This document shows positions 40,992 through 56,149 of a stretch of DNA of 64,000 nucleotides, in pieces. This DNA comes from Ophelia neglecta. Lineage: Eukaryota. The translations under genes and the position numbers were made by a program. Where the stretch lies: the NCBI GenBank assembly GCA_965285935.1, contig OZ260663.1, forward strand, positions 14,012,001 to 14,076,000, written 5' to 3'. Under the pieces are notes generated by a model. It saw nothing but the letters and a program-made list of their open reading frames with translations, was not told the origin of the DNA and searched no databases. How positions within the stretch are numbered: the first letter of the stretch is position 1; every line of letters starts with the position of its first letter.

Positions 40992-43900
40992 AACCTAATG
41001 ATGAAGTAGTATTTTATTATCATATATTTAATGTACTAAATTTAATTGTGACGGATATACATGACCCATCGGGAACTAAGAAGAACAAAAGCAGTTTCAC
41101 AACACAATGTGTTATACGTCATAAACAAAATCAATTTATAGCGTCATCAGAACTTCCTTAGCGCTCATATACAACAAGAAGTAAATGCATCAATTGAATG
41201 TACCTTGCCTACCATTACTTTTCAAATAGACCGCTATCGTGGATAATTTTGCCACTGATAAAGCATCTGCCTGGACCGTCTTTTTAATGCAAATGCTTAA
41301 GCATCATAAACAGCATGTGTCTTGTACATCACCAACTCAATCTTTGAAAGTTGCGTTTGTACAGGCAGCATTTCATACACAAAAAATCCGATTATTCTGT
41401 ACTTGATATGGCACATCTGTGCTTAATTGTTTGCTGATCATCAGTGATATAATGTGGCTAATGGATTTGTAAGAGGCTTAGACAAGACAGAACCGAAACG
41501 TTAATGGAATACATATTCAAATCACCGTGAACTCTTGCGAAATCGCCGCGCCATTAGCGCTATTATTGTGTTTGTTGCTAGGCCGACAATTCGATATTGC
41601 GTCATTCCTTTAACCGCAGAATACTGCTGACATAATACTTCGCAAAAAAAAGGCGAACAACGCTCATCAAGGATTCTTGGGCTTATTTCATGTATTTCTT
41701 AACTTCTGCAAAAACTGTTTATTATTCAAAACCAATGGACAATTTCATTACTATCGCATGATCGAAACAAGTTTTTCAACAACTAGGAAACTATATTTAA
41801 CTACGAGGTACAAAGATTATAATCGGCTTACATTCGTCAAGCAAGCTACATGTAAAAGTTAGGCTCTAATTTATGCATTTACCTAAATGATAGCACATCG
41901 CATTGTCTTTGCCTAATCTTATCAAAGTTGCACGCCACAAATCCCAATTAATAGAGCATAGTGATTTGATCGCGGCGCTGAAACCAGATTTGCTAATACA
42001 TGTTATTCAGCAATTATGCAAGCAATTGACCCGGTCAAATAAGTAGGTTAATTTCGATGCATATCGGGTATAATATTTTATTTCTGCCGCACAATGACAC
42101 TTGCTTATTACAAATGCATCGTATGCGACATTTCTTGGTGATTAGTTTATAGTGACTTATCTGTGTTAGTTAGTTGTAGCAAGGGTGTCGATTAACCGTG
42201 CTATCCACACGGTAGTTAAGCAATATTGTTATCACGAACAAATACATTACTTAGAAACCAGTGATACTTTTGCAGGATAGAGCTACGTACGCTCACAATA
42301 TTTTGTGACAATTATGAATAAGTAAAGTTTTATATGGCTGATCACAAATTACATAGCTATGGATTGAGAATAAAAGTCTGCACGCTTGGAACTTCCTTCT
42401 TGGAAAGGAACTAATCGTTTAATCAACCAAGTCATGCATTAACATGGAGGCAATCTCAAGAAACACGAAATCGGCCATCAATATTCCAAGGATAAGGAGG
42501 GAGGCTAGCAATGTTACCAGTCATGTAGCCTCAAGACATAAAAACTTCCACGTCAGGCTCTCATGAATAGAAATATCTTTTGGCCCCTCCATAGTGTCTT
42601 TATGTCATTATATAGGATACATCTGAAAGATACAAACTGGCCCCATTGCCATTACTTGTCATGATGGGCTAATTACGTTGATACCAGCAGTGATATATTC
42701 ACTTAATTATCAAAATTGCATCATTATCTATAGCGACAACGGTGCAAACATGTGATGAAAAAAGCTTTAATACGTCTATATGTTGATTGATTGATCGATT
42801 AATTAATGTATTGATTGAATCAGTGATTAATATGATTAGATAATGATGCCATTCAGAAAATACAAAACAATGGAAAAGTAAAAAAACAGTTATTGAAGCA
42901 TCACACATATCACAATGATATAAATACATATTCAATATACTTAAACATGCTACATAAAAGTCTGATTGTGCAAATAATTATATCGATTACTCTCTAGTTA
43001 TTGAAATGTGAGTAGATAATGAAAGTCAATGAATACCGTTACAGTGGCATCACAAATTAGCAATCATTGTAGTAAGTTATAATTGTGAGTTAAGCATACA
43101 ATTATTATTGTGGGCTTTAAACAAGTCAAAAGTGCTGAGTCGTGAGTGGCGAGTACATTGCTAAAAAAAAGATTATGGTAAGGTAAAAAGACGACTGTGG
43201 TAAGGTAAAACCCTCCATTTCGGCATTATCGACTATCTAGTATGGGCACAGTGTGATATATTGCTTGAGTAATATTATAAATGAATAGTTGATGATTTAA
43301 CAAAGGTGTTAGCAGTGTTGTGCAGTACCTTTATACATATGCCAAAAAAAAACCAGTAAGTCGCGCATCATTAACCGCCATCAGAAATAATCAATTCAAT
43401 GGGTAAACAATTGTCTGGAACTGTCCCGAGATATATATCTATATACATGTTAACATAGTTCGTTTCATATGAATTAACAGAGTTGTGGGAACATTTTTTT
43501 TTTATAATATACACTCGTCTTTTGTTACTTTCCTGGCTTTGTTCGAGCATGTAATACGTGACTGGTCTACTCCAGTGTCTTCCGGCTTCCACGCTATTAG
43601 GTTGACAAGTCAGACATGTATTATGGTGGCCCCTAGTAGGATTAAGGCGCTCATTAAATTTGGCCCTGCAGTCTTAAGCATGCGATGACGTCTGAGGGCA
43701 TGGCATATTTCAACACCTTTGGGCCCAATTAACGAGCTTGCACTTGTCAGCGGAAAACGTGATGCTCTAGGATATTGAAGACGGGTACTCAAAGGACTTA
43801 TTAATATGCTTGTTTATAAGATATTCGTTGCCTTTTTAACTTGGTTAAGTAGACTTAGTTGCCCTTTATAAGAAACTATTACTATTCATGAGAAAAGTAG

Positions 43901-44399
43901 TGGAAAACTTTGCAATACTGTTTTATCCATTTATTAAAGGTTCGTCTTTGAACAGAAGCTTTTAAGATAAATAGTTCAAGTCGTGGAGTAACGCCTTGTG
44001 CATTTGTCACAGGCACATTGGGCAATGCTTTCTTTTTGTAATGTTTCTGAAAGAGTTCAGTTAATAACGGTTGAATGAACTAGAAGCATTTTTATTCTGC
44101 ACATCGAACACAAGGGTAGCCGAAGACCTTAAGCATATATCAGTAGTTGGATTGCCACAAAGACGAGCAATGTGGTTTTGGAACCCACAATGATTGTGAT
44201 TTATTTGCAATCTAGGGATGCAGAAAAATGAGAAACCTGATATCTAAAGCAGAAGGCAAGTTGAGATATTATTAACAAGTAATTTCACTTAAAATCACCC
44301 ATAATTGACCCATATTCTTTCCCAAAAAGCATTTATAAAAAGTTGTGTTAATAACTTAAAGTGAATCTCGAGGACAGCATAACAGTATACATTAAACTA

Positions 44400-45150
44400 T
44401 TTATATCTAATAAAATAATCGTGAATAGAAATGATTTACATAGTTCCTTGCAATAAAGATAACTTTCATAATGTGAGCGGTACATCCGAAACACCGTTTT
44501 CCATTTATTGCCATTGAGATCCATGGACCCTGTGGAGTGTCCGTGATCATTTCTTCAGTTTTGAAGCGTTGTTCCTGTTCACTTTTGCCCAGAGTAAACT
44601 GCTTTGTGTATACTGAAGTTCGCTTTGACAACAAGACTTTTTGATAACATTTTCCAAGTCATTATTGTATATAGAAGCAAAGCCCTACTAGTGAAACAAA
44701 GAGTAGCCGGCACGGGAACTTCTGCAATATGAGAAAACGAACTTGTATAACTCTGGGTTGTCTTGGGTAAGGGGCAGTGGGGGGGGGGTTGCATTTCCTG
44801 TAAAGTGCTTCTCTGTCTTTGTGTTACCCCACAATCATTGTACATAGAATAAACGTCTAGTAATTCCTCTATGCATCTTGACCATTCATTTCTGATCAAT
44901 CCTGTGTGTACACACAGACGTTGTTCAATATCTCTTGCAATGTTTGACTTCGGAATATTCTCAGCCTTTTCCGATTAGTCTCTTCGCCTTTTGTGATGGA
45001 TGTCTGCTGGCATTTATGACTGAATACGTACAATAATATGGGACCAAGGAATCGTAAAGAGGCCCTTGGCTGGATGCAAAGATGACGTGGTGACGCAAGT
45101 ATACTGTAATAAGACTCTTGGCTACACAGTTGTCATAAAAGTCTCTTCGG
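44400..45150 (+). pseudogene. Decayed fusari/hypovirus-like RdRp remnant (copy A, inside the duplication)
   Basis: Same element as 50000-50720: PKHRF, VRFDNKT, VAGTGTSAI*EN. Confidence 0.55.
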
Positions 45151-45294
45151 ATTCATAAAAAGTTTAAAACATTTCTCACAGTCGGTGGCATGATAAAAAC
45201 CAAAGATGTTATGTGAAACCTGAAGATCCATTTTCTTCGTTTCACTTCAAATAACAACAGGTTCATCATTCTTCTTACTATTGCTGGACACTTC

Positions 45295-45394
45295 NNNNNN
45301 NNNNNNNNNNNNNNNNNNNNNNNNNNNNNNNNNNNNNNNNNNNNNNNNNNNNNNNNNNNNNNNNNNNNNNNNNNNNNNNNNNNNNNNNNNNNNN
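45295..45394. other. Scaffold gap (100 N)
   Basis: Run of exactly 100 N. Confidence 1.
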
Positions 45395-48300
45395 AAGCAT
45401 ACCTAGACCATTGCCAAGCACAGCATGTCTGCTCGTAGCTGAATTAACTCGCCGCCTAGAATCAGTGGCGGATGAGGCCGGAGTGACAGTGATATCTTTG
45501 ATCTTCACTCCAGGGAATGTAGGCCTTGAAAGTGGCGTGGTACAAAAGTCACGGAATAGCGTGTCTTGGCTAACTAAAGCCGGAAAAAGTCGGATTTGCA
45601 TAGGTGAATGACAACTAGTTAATTGATTGTAGTTGTCTGTTTGAGCTAGCTTTCCACCCCGTTGATCATGAAGTCCTCGGATTGACGATCAGCCAGCATA
45701 GCGTTGATTTTTGGCGCGGCTCTATGTGCTTAAACCGCTTTTTAGGTTAATACTTTAGTTGGCTTTTTTAAAATTTTGTTCTAGTTTTAGTAGCCAACTA
45801 AGCGTATACCCAGGTTCTAGTTTGTTTGCAAACTGCCTTCCTAAATAGAGCTGTTAATTTTCAAGAAATTTAATATCCGTTCATACACTGGTGCGTATCT
45901 ACATTCCTATCCTTTCTATAAAGTGCGAATGGAAATGAGCAAGACGGGATGAAAACAGTGTCCCCTTGACGTCAGAAGATGGCAAATCGATATTTACTGC
46001 GAGTTAAGAAAAGGGAAGAGGATCATTTTTATTTTTCCATTAAGAGTTTCATATTTCCATTAAGTGTTCTTAAACACTTACGTTCAGCGTAAATTTGGGG
46101 AGATATTAGCATTTCCCTATGGCGTCTTCTGTCTGTTGTACGTACGGCACAAAACAACAATAATCGCAAAAAGCGAAGCCGTCTGCCATCCTGGTACAGT
46201 ATTAGGCTGCATAGGCAATATTAGAGAGTTTTGGCTTTCCTTTATTCAATGTCAACCCCAACCCCAAAGATAATGTTCATATTTGTTGTGGATTCTGACT
46301 TGGGTTCTGAAAAATACCTAATGATGAATGATGAATCTACGGCAGGTACTCCAGTGAGGCAGCACTCTAAAGACGGCATTGAACCCACTGTCACAAGGAG
46401 ACACAGTGGCGATATGACTATATAAGTGTTTAAAGCAACGTAAAACCCCAACAACCAACCCAACCTAATGATGAAGTAGTATTTTATTATCATATTATTT
46501 TATTATCATATATTTAATGTACTAAATTTAATTGTGACGGATATACATGACCCATCGGGAACTAAGAAGAACTATAGGGAACAAAGCAGTTTCACAACAC
46601 AATGTGTTATACATGATAAACAAAATCAATTCATAGCGTCATCAGAACTTCCTTAGCGCTCATATACAACCAGAAGTAAATGCATCAATTTAATGTACCT
46701 TGCCTATTATTACTTTTCAAATAGACCGCCATCGTGGTTCTTATGTCTAAAGGATAATTTTGCAATTGATAAAGCATCTTTTTAATGCAAATGCTTAAGC
46801 ATTATAGACAGCATGTGTCTTGTACATCACCAACTATTCTTTGAAAGTTGCGGTTGTACATGCAGCATATCATATACAAAAATCCGATTTTTCCATACTT
46901 GATATGGTACATCTGTGCTTAATTGTGTCCTGATAATCAGTGATATAATGTGGCTAATGGATTTTTTAGAGGCTTAGACAAGACAGAACCGAAACGTTAA
47001 TGGAATAAATATTCAAATCACCGTGAACTCTTGCGAAATCGCCGCGACATTAGCGCTATTATTGTGTTGGTTGCTAGGCCGACAGTTCGATATTGCGTCA
47101 TTTCTTTAACCGCAAGATACTGCTGGCATAATACTTCGCAACAAAAAAAGGAGAACAACGTTCATCATGGATTCTTGGGCTTATTTCATGTATGTCTTAA
47201 CTAGCCTACTGATTTCTGCAAAACTGTTTATTATTCAAAACCAATGGACAATTTCATTACTATCGCATGATCGACAACAGTTTTTTTTAACAACTGGGAA
47301 ACTATATTTAACTACGAGGTACAAAGATTATATTCGGCTTACATTCGTCAAGCAAGCTACATGTAAAATTTAGGCTCTAATTTATGAAATCACATGGCTG
47401 CTTTACCTAAATGATAGCACATCTCATTGTCTATGCCTAATCTTATCAAAGTTGCACGCCACAAATCCCAATTAATAGAACATAGTGATTTGATCGCGGT
47501 GCTGAAACCAGATTTGCTAATACATGTAATTCAGCAATTATGCAAGCAATTGACCCGGTTAATTTGGATGCATATCGGGTATAATATTTTATTTCTGCCG
47601 CACAATGACACTTGCTTATTACAAATGCATCGTATGCGACATTTTTTGGTGATTTGTTTATAGTGATTTATCAGTGTTAGTTAGTTGTAGTAAGGGAGTC
47701 GATTAACCGTGCTATCCACACGGTAGGTAAACAATATCGTTATCACAAACAAATACATTAACTTAGAAACCAGTGATAGTTTTGCAGGATGGAGCTACGT
47801 ACGCTTCACAATATTTTGTGACAATTATGAATAAGCAAACTTGTATATGGCAGATCACAAATTACATAGCTATGGATTGAGAATGAAAGTCTGCACGCTT
47901 GGAACTTCCTTCTTGGAAAAGAACTAATCGTTTAATCAGCCAAGTCATGCATTAACATGGAGGCAATCTCAAGAAACACGAAATCGGCCATCAATATTCC
48001 TAGGATAAGGAGGGAGGCTAGCAATGTTACCAGTCATGTAGCCTCAAGACATAAAAACCGCCACGTCAGGCTCTCATGAATAGAAATATCTTTTGGCCCC
48101 TCCATAGTGTCTTTATGTCATTATATAGGATACATCTGAAAGATACAAACTGGCCCCATTGCCATTACTTGTCATGATGAGCTAATAACGTTGATACCAG
48201 CAGTGATATATTCACTCAATTATCAAAATTGCATCATTATCTATAGCGACAACGGTGCATGAATGTGATCAAAAAAGCTATAATACGTCTATATGTTGAT

Positions 48301-49999
48301 TGATTGATCGATTAATTGATGTTTTGATTGAATCAGTGATTAATATGATTATATAATGATGTTATTCACAAAATACAATACAATGAAAAAGTAAAAAAAA
48401 AAAAGTTATTGAAGCATTACGCATATCACAATGAACAGTCAATGAAGGGCATACTGATACATGTATATATTAAATTTACTAAAAAGGCTAATTGTGCTCT
48501 AGTTATTGAAATGTGAGTAGATAATGAAGGTTAATGAATAGCGTTACAGTGCCATTACAAAGTTGCAATCATTCACACATAAGGCTCTTAGTTAGTTATA
48601 ATGGTGAGTTAAGCATACAATTATTATTGTGGGCTTTAAACAAGTCAAGAATGCTGAGTCCTGAGTGGCGACTAAAAGACGATTATGACAAGGTAAACAA
48701 AAAAAAGATCGTGGTAAAATAAATTCACCCATGTCGGTATTATCGACTATCTAGTATGGGCACAGCGTGATATATCAACTCCGTTCGGTTCATTGAGTAA
48801 TATTATAAGTGAAAGAAATAGTTGATGATTAAACAAAGATGATAGCAGTGTTGTGGAATTCGAAATATTCGAAATATCTTGATAAAACATCCAGCTTACA
48901 CAAACGGTGTCCAATAATATGATTTATGTTGTTATATGTAAAACAAAACAGTAAGTTGCACATTATTAACCGCGATCAATAATAATCAATTTAATGGATC
49001 AAAAAATTATTTGGGTCCACTGTATATCTTTATATACATATATATATATATATATTAACATAGTTCGTCTCATATGAATTAACAGGGTTGTGGGAACATT
49101 TTTCTTACTTTCCTGCCTTTGTTCGAGCATGTAACAGGTGACTGGTCTACTCCAGTGTCTTCCTGCTTCCACGTTATTAGGTTGACAAGTCAGACATGTA
49201 TTATGGTGGCCGCTAGTAGGATTAAGGCGCTCATTAAATTTGGCCCTGCAGCCTTAAGCGTGTAAACATGCGATGACGTCTGAGGGCATGGCAGATTTCA
49301 ACCCCTTGGGCCTAATAAATGAGCTTGCACTTGTCAGCGGAAAACGTGATGCTGTAGGATATTGAAGACGGGTAATCAGAGGACTTATTAATATGACTGT
49401 TTATAAGATATTCGTTGACTTTTTTAGCTTAAGTTGGTTATGTTGACTTAGTTGCCCATAATAAGAAACTATTACTAATCGTGAGAAAAGTAGTAGAAAA
49501 CTTTGCAATACTGTTTTATCTATTTATTAAAGGTTCGTTTTTGAACAAAAGGTTTCAGATAAATAGTTTAAGTCGTGGAGCAACTCCATGGCCATTTGTT
49601 ACAGGCACATTGGGCAATACTTTCTTTTTGTAATGTTTCTGAAAGGGTTCAGTTAATAACGGTTGAATGAACTAGAAGCATTTTTATTCTGCACATCGAA
49701 CACAAGGGTAGCAGAAGACCTTAAGCATATATCAGTAGTTGGATTGCCACAAAGACGAGCAGTGTGGTTTTGGAACCCACAATGATTGTGATTTATTTGC
49801 AATCTAGGGATGCAGAAAAATGAGAAACCTGATATATAAAACAGAAGGCAAGTTGAGATATTAATGACAAGTAATTTCACTTAAAATCACCCATAACAGA
49901 CCCATATTCTTTCCCAAAAAGCATTTATAAAAAGTTGTGTTAATAACTTAAAGTGAATCTCGAGGACAGCATAACAATATACATCAAACTATTTATATC

Positions 50000-50720
50000 T
50001 AATAAAATAATCGTGAATAGAAATGATTTACATAGTTTGTTGCAATAAAGATAACTTTCATAATGGGAGCGGTACATCCGAACCACCGTTTTCCATTTAT
50101 TGCCATTGAGATCGATGGACCCTGTGGAGTGTCCGTGATCATTTCTTCAGTTTTGAAGCGTTGTTCCTGTTCACCTTTGCCCAGAGGAAACTGCTTTGTG
50201 TATACTGAAGTTCGCTTTGACAACAGGACATTTAAGTCATTATTGTATATAGAAACAAAACCCTTCTAATGAAACAAATGGAGCTGGCACGGGAACTTCA
50301 GCAATATGAGAAAACGTACTTCTTTAACTCTGGGTTGTCTGGGACGGGGGGCAGTGGGGGGGGGGGGGGGTTCCTGTGAAGTGCTTCTCTGTTTTTTACA
50401 TCACCATCATTGTACTTGGAATAAACGTCGAGTAATTCCTCTATGCATCTTGACCATACATTGCTGATCAAGCCTGTATGTACACACAGACGTTGTTCAA
50501 TGTCTCTTGCAATGTTTGACTTCAGAATATTCTCAGCTTTCTCCGATTAGCCTCTTCGCCCTTTGTGATGGATAGCTGCTGGCATTTATGACTGAATACG
50601 TGCAATGATATGGGACCAAAGAATCATAAAGAGGCCCTTGGCTGGATGCAAAGTTGACGTGGTGACGCAAGCATACTGTAATGAGCCTCTTGGCTACACA
50701 GTTGTCATAAAAGTCTCTTC
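50000..50720 (+). pseudogene. Decayed fusari/hypovirus-like RdRp remnant (copy B)
   Basis: FVAIKITFIMGAVHPNHRF (PNHRF at 50078-50092; cf. fusarivirus YIM..YGPNHRF), VRFDNRT (A, ~50213-50227), NGAGTGTSAI*EN (B, 50277-50315), LLCFLHHH (C; cf. LSCFGDDH), NILSFL (E). Confidence 0.6.
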
Positions 50721-52324
50721 GGATTCATAAAAAGTTAAAAAACAAGTCGGTGGCTTGATAAAAACCAAACATGTTATGTGAAACCTGAAGATCCATTTTC
50801 TTCGTTTCACTTCAAATAACAACAGGTTCATCATTCTTCTTACTTGCTTGGCTGTTTGAGCATATGTATCGATGTTCGGCAGATAAAGAATATTATGAAT
50901 AATCAGTCATTCAACCATTGCCTTTGGATTAACTACATCTGGCCAATATCTGCTTGAAACATGTTTGGGTTTCACCTTGAAAAGAAGTTGGGCGCATTTC
51001 CAACATCTCCTCGCTTAAAAACACAGTCAATATATCCATGAAAATAAACAACTCCTTGTTAGATTTACAAGCCATATTTCGAACTCTTGTCTAAGCCTGC
51101 AAATTCGCGCTATTGATGAGAATGTAGGCATGGAGGATAATGGCCTATCTAATCATTGCCTTTATGAATAATAATGTTAAATGATTGATGGAGCAAATAT
51201 GTCTTTATTGTGAAATTTTGCCATATGGTAATCACACGGTCTCGTGTATTGTTTATCACACTTGGGCCCAATTTTGGGGCACATTCCATTAGGTGTCTTA
51301 TAACCATGACAACGTCAATTCATTATCAAAGGAGGAGTGGCTAACCGGTAGGCTGAAATGCTTATTAATTCAATACGAAGCCATTACCTTCCAAGAAGCG
51401 CGAGCTACGTCATCACAATCCGCGAGCTGCATCATCAAGAACCATGAGCTGCATCACGAACAGCCGTGAGGTTCGTCATGTGAAAGCCGTGTACCCTTGC
51501 TGCAAACAGTTATTAAAATTTATGTTTAAGTAGCCCTTGTTGAGTCTCATTAAAAGCGTCTCTGGTTCACTTTATGCAGCGCACATTGCATTACACTTTC
51601 ATGAAGATATAATTTCACTTTTCTCCTTCATATGCAGGGCTCTTTTACATCCTTTTTTGGTCTTATTTCTTGGTGTTATTGGGACATATTCAATTATGAG
51701 AAAGCTTATGCCATCGTAGATTCTCCTAAATATCCGGTATGCAGTCCCACAAGAATAAATCTCCAGTTTCCCAACGGCAAATTAGCTTGTAATGCAATTC
51801 ATGAAACCACATATATAAATTGATATCTGGAATAGAAAGTCAACAGTGATTCATGATGCGAGTCAAACTAGTCAGCGGTCCACATAGAAATATCCACTTT
51901 GTAATTTCATACTCGATACTTCTTGATTCGATATTTGATTTGTCTGTCCTGTATCCACTTTCGTATAGCCAATACCTATTCTGTTAATGTTTAATATGAT
52001 CTGAATTGGATAGTTAGCGGATTTCCCGGTCTCCAGCTCTGAAAACAACGTTTTTTTATTTTGTGCTCACGCATATTTGCCATTTTATAAATCGTAGAAA
52101 CTTCTCAAACATGTAATCAATCAGCACTTGGGCTGCGGGAATGATGGTATGCTATCTTAAGCCTTTGGTTTGTTCTTCACTACTAAGAAAAAGCCCTATG
52201 ATGGAGTTACTAATGCATTCGACGAAAGGAATGAATAAGATGCAATAACATGTCAAGTAGAACCAGGATGACGTTCTGTGATTTTGTTACTAACCCCTTA
52301 GAAGAGAAAAAAGGCATTAGTGAA

Positions 52325-52419
52325 ACAGAGAGAGACAGAGAGACGGAGAAACGGAGACAGACAGACCGACAGACAGACCGACAGACAGAGACACAGAGAC
52401 ACAGGGACACAGACAGAGA
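52325..52419. repeat. (GACA/GAGA)n microsatellite
   Basis: Directly visible. Confidence 0.9.
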
Positions 52420-54717
52420 ACTTTAGGGCAAAATAAAAAAACAAATATATCTGGATAGTTAATTTTGCATTGAACCTGCCGATTCATTTCAATGAATACT
52501 GGTTTATTGCTTCTTATAATTGGCGATAACATCGCCAATTTAACGATGTCCACAACTTGAAATTTGACTTGAAATACCAAACATTTTACTAGTCACGAGA
52601 TGTGAAAATTGGGTATTTTAGCCTTTACAAATGCTTGTTTAAGTGTTTCGAGAATAATTGTCTTGTTCATGTGGTGCGACTACACTTCCTGCTATGCATG
52701 CAAAAGCTGGCGATTTAATGCCTATTGAATCATTGGAAAAATACTAGTGTTGAAATTCGGAACACGGAAGCAAAACTATATAACTAGCGGTAGCGAGGAC
52801 GATCAATTTCCTTGCTGATGAATGAATGACTGTTCTTAATCATAGATTTGTTTTCGTTTTGTTCGGAATCTAATAAATGATATTGGTTGAAATAAATCTT
52901 TAATTGAAGGGTTGAAGTTATATTCTGAATACTCTGAATAATTATATATATTTGTACCAATCACAGGTACAATTGAGTAACTTTGGAACGCTTTTTACAA
53001 CGCAATGCTCATCTATCACACAACAGTTCAGACTATCGTTACTGTTCTGTTGTTTCGATAATACGGTAAACCACTTGCGGCTGAGCAGTTGTCAGTTTCG
53101 CAGGTTCACAGCGATGACTAAGCCGGAGTGCTTTGAGAGAAACAATCCCAATTTACTGGTGAAAAATACATTCTACCACATTTCACCAGTCGGCCAAGTA
53201 AATTGCCCAATTTGGTAGCTTGGCTTGTAGTTGGTATTGGCAAGCTCCTGAGACCGTCTGTGGATTTGTGGACAGAAGTGTGCTTCTTTTGTCCCTTTTC
53301 ATACGCTTACCCATTACTGTGTACTAAACTAAGGTGAATCACCGTACCTATTGAAGTTGGTTACGTATTAATTGGCGTTTGAGTACCATTGATGGTATTG
53401 AATGTGTAATATGATTTAACACAGTGCCTATTTCATGTATTATACCCGTCACTGAAATACATGAAAGCGTCATTCCTAAAGGAAACTAATCTTTAATGTA
53501 TCACAGGCTATTGATGCAGTAATTAGATTTACACTTATTAGGCTAGCTGTATAGGACTTATTACCATCTACCCGTTAACAGCTGTTATAACTCGTTCATG
53601 TCATTTTTACAATAATTGCTCATATCATAGGCTTATGGCTTTTAGGCTCTGAAAAGGCATTTCTTTGCATGTGATACTTGCACTATTCATTTAAATATAG
53701 AATTTTCTTTTTTGTGGGAAAATACTTTTTGGGAACTTCGATTTATATTTCTAAACACGTCTCAGGTTCAGGGCACCTTTCATTTTGTCTGGCTGTATTT
53801 TTCGTGCCCTCTGTTCTATTTTCCAATAACAAATTCACCTCTATCGTAACGGTTCCATCATTTTAAGAATTAAAAATATAATTGAAGCAAGTAATAATTA
53901 AATAATAAGTGTGATGTAATTAATAGTTGAATAATTACTAGTCAGGTACTGTTTTCTTTTCTTTTTTTGCAGTTCTTTGATTGGTGAATTTTAATAGACG
54001 TTGACGTCTTACAAACCTTAAGGAAATCGATGATAGTGAACAAACATGAAACTACATTTTCTCAGTTTTAGCTTATTTACGAATCCAATCAAACTACGCT
54101 CAAATACATTATAACAACTTATTATCACAACTTATTCTCCTTATTCATCTCCAGCGTGGCAAACATAATAATGTGTACAAACAGGTCTATATCCCTGCTG
54201 GAAAATGGCGATCTGGCTTCACATGCCATGACATTTTATTTCAAACTATGCGATTGAAAACATCCTTTTGGCGTTATCGTATTGACTGGAATGAGCGGAG
54301 ACTAACGGAGCGGATTCAATTTTAATTTAATTTCCTTTTTTCAGTTCTTTCTGCTCAATGAGCATTCCATTTATTGAAATCAATGAAATGTCTTTTTTCA
54401 CATTGGCCTCGTAGACGCTCATGTCTGGGTCTGCCAAGAATCAACTAATGAATCTGGAATCTTGCACAATTTGAATAATTCTCTACCCTCTTTAGCAAAG
54501 AGATGCTGCTGGAGCACGGTGAACACAAAATGTCCTCAGTCAATCTATCCATCGGGTTACATCGATGTAGGCGTGATTGCCAGTGTATGTCATAAATCAA
54601 AAACTGTGTCGGGACCGAAATTACTGGGTTAATCACGAAATATACTGCTGGTCTTCAGTAAATAGTACACGTGACAAAAAAATAAGTGGTCTTTAAAAAA
54701 CAACGCATGAGTTAGCA

Positions 54718-54979
54718 GGAAATGAAGTATCGGTTCATTGTCTCATTTGGCTCTTGAAATATTTGCAGGCGCTATTTCCTAGCACTGCTTGACTGTATAG
54801 TCTTATATAAAAAAAAAAGCGCGAACTCATTATATAATTCCTAGATCCGGAAATGAGGTATCGGTTCATTGTCTCACTTGGCTCTTGCAATATTTGCAGG
54901 CGCTATTTCCTAGCACTGCTTGACTGTATGGTCTTATATAAAATAAAAAGCGCGAACTCTTTATATAATTCCTAGATCC
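54718..54979. repeat. Tandem duplication, 2 x 131 bp
   Basis: ggaaatga(a/g)gtatcgg...cctagatcc at 54718-54848 and 54849-54979, with few mismatches. Confidence 0.95.
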
Positions 54980-56149
54980 AGACATGCATCCCCCATACGA
55001 ATCTACTCATCGAATATACGTGTAATTCGGCAGAAAGGAAGTAGCAATCTTTGTAACAGTTTTCGTTATAACGAGGCTGAAATTCCAATTCTATCCACTT
55101 CATATATTTTTTTTTAAATTGTTCTAATCGGCTTACCTATGCGAGTTTCCGGCTTGAGCACTTAAATTGTTGAATCACCATACTTCGCTCGGTAAAATCA
55201 CCGGGAAACTCGGGACATGGCTGAATTAAACGAAAGTGGTCAAGGTTAATTCTGTTTTAGCGCGGGTTGTTAAAGATACGCTTATGTTGGATGAACTCAT
55301 GGTAAAGCATAGGCGTTTGTTTTAGCACGCTTGATAAAACATGGGCATTTCATTAACAACACGTATGCTTTTTCACAGCTCACCAGCAGCCGACAAATAG
55401 CGGGTCTAGTGAGCAACACGTCCTCCCATTTAAATGTATTACGACTTGTGTATCGCTAAGAATATTATATTATATCTTGACTTTAGTAGGACGTAAATAC
55501 AAATAGTATACATAGCATAGATTCGATTTGTACGTTAACAATATATTAGCTCAAAGAATGTTTGGTTTTCCACAGTTTCAACAGGAAATTATTTGTGCAT
55601 TTCAGTTTTCGTCATGCAAACCCATTGCAGGTGACGTATCTATGCAAAGTCAAAATGGCGGCGGAAAGTTGTAGTTATAAATTCAAAATGTATACTTTAG
55701 GCGATAAAAGAAAAGGTCATCTGCACAATAGGTTCTGACTTGCAGGTTGAGTGAACGTTCGCGTATTCTTGAATGCAGCTTCGCCAGTATTAAATGACCT
55801 TGCTTTTAAAATGAAGCTCCGCTCTAACAAAAAAATCCAATTAGGCCATATCGGGTTAACTTTTCAGTATTCAAATATATGTATGTTTTTATTAATACAC
55901 GGCATGGTGATGTTCTGAATCGATGATAAAAGCGCTGATAGGAGGGGGGGGGGGGGGGGGGCTTCCACCTAGCAAAACATTTTTAGCATAAAGCATAGTG
56001 GATAAAGGCATCACGTCATAATTATACCCAGACTATTAATTTCTAAAAATATTTTGTCAATGAAATAAAAATAATTGCTGCAAACCTGCGTCGTATGTTC
56101 AGCACATACGCATTTAGATCTACAATTTTATGAATCTCTCCCATGTTCT

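Larger units (their letters stand above)
39927..50844 (+). repeat. ~5.4-kb direct duplication (39927-45279 and 45395-50844) flanking an assembly gap; probably uncollapsed alleles
   Basis: Copy B starts at the first base after the gap, and copy A ends 15 bp before it. The copies are colinear with many SNPs and small indels. Confidence 0.9.
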
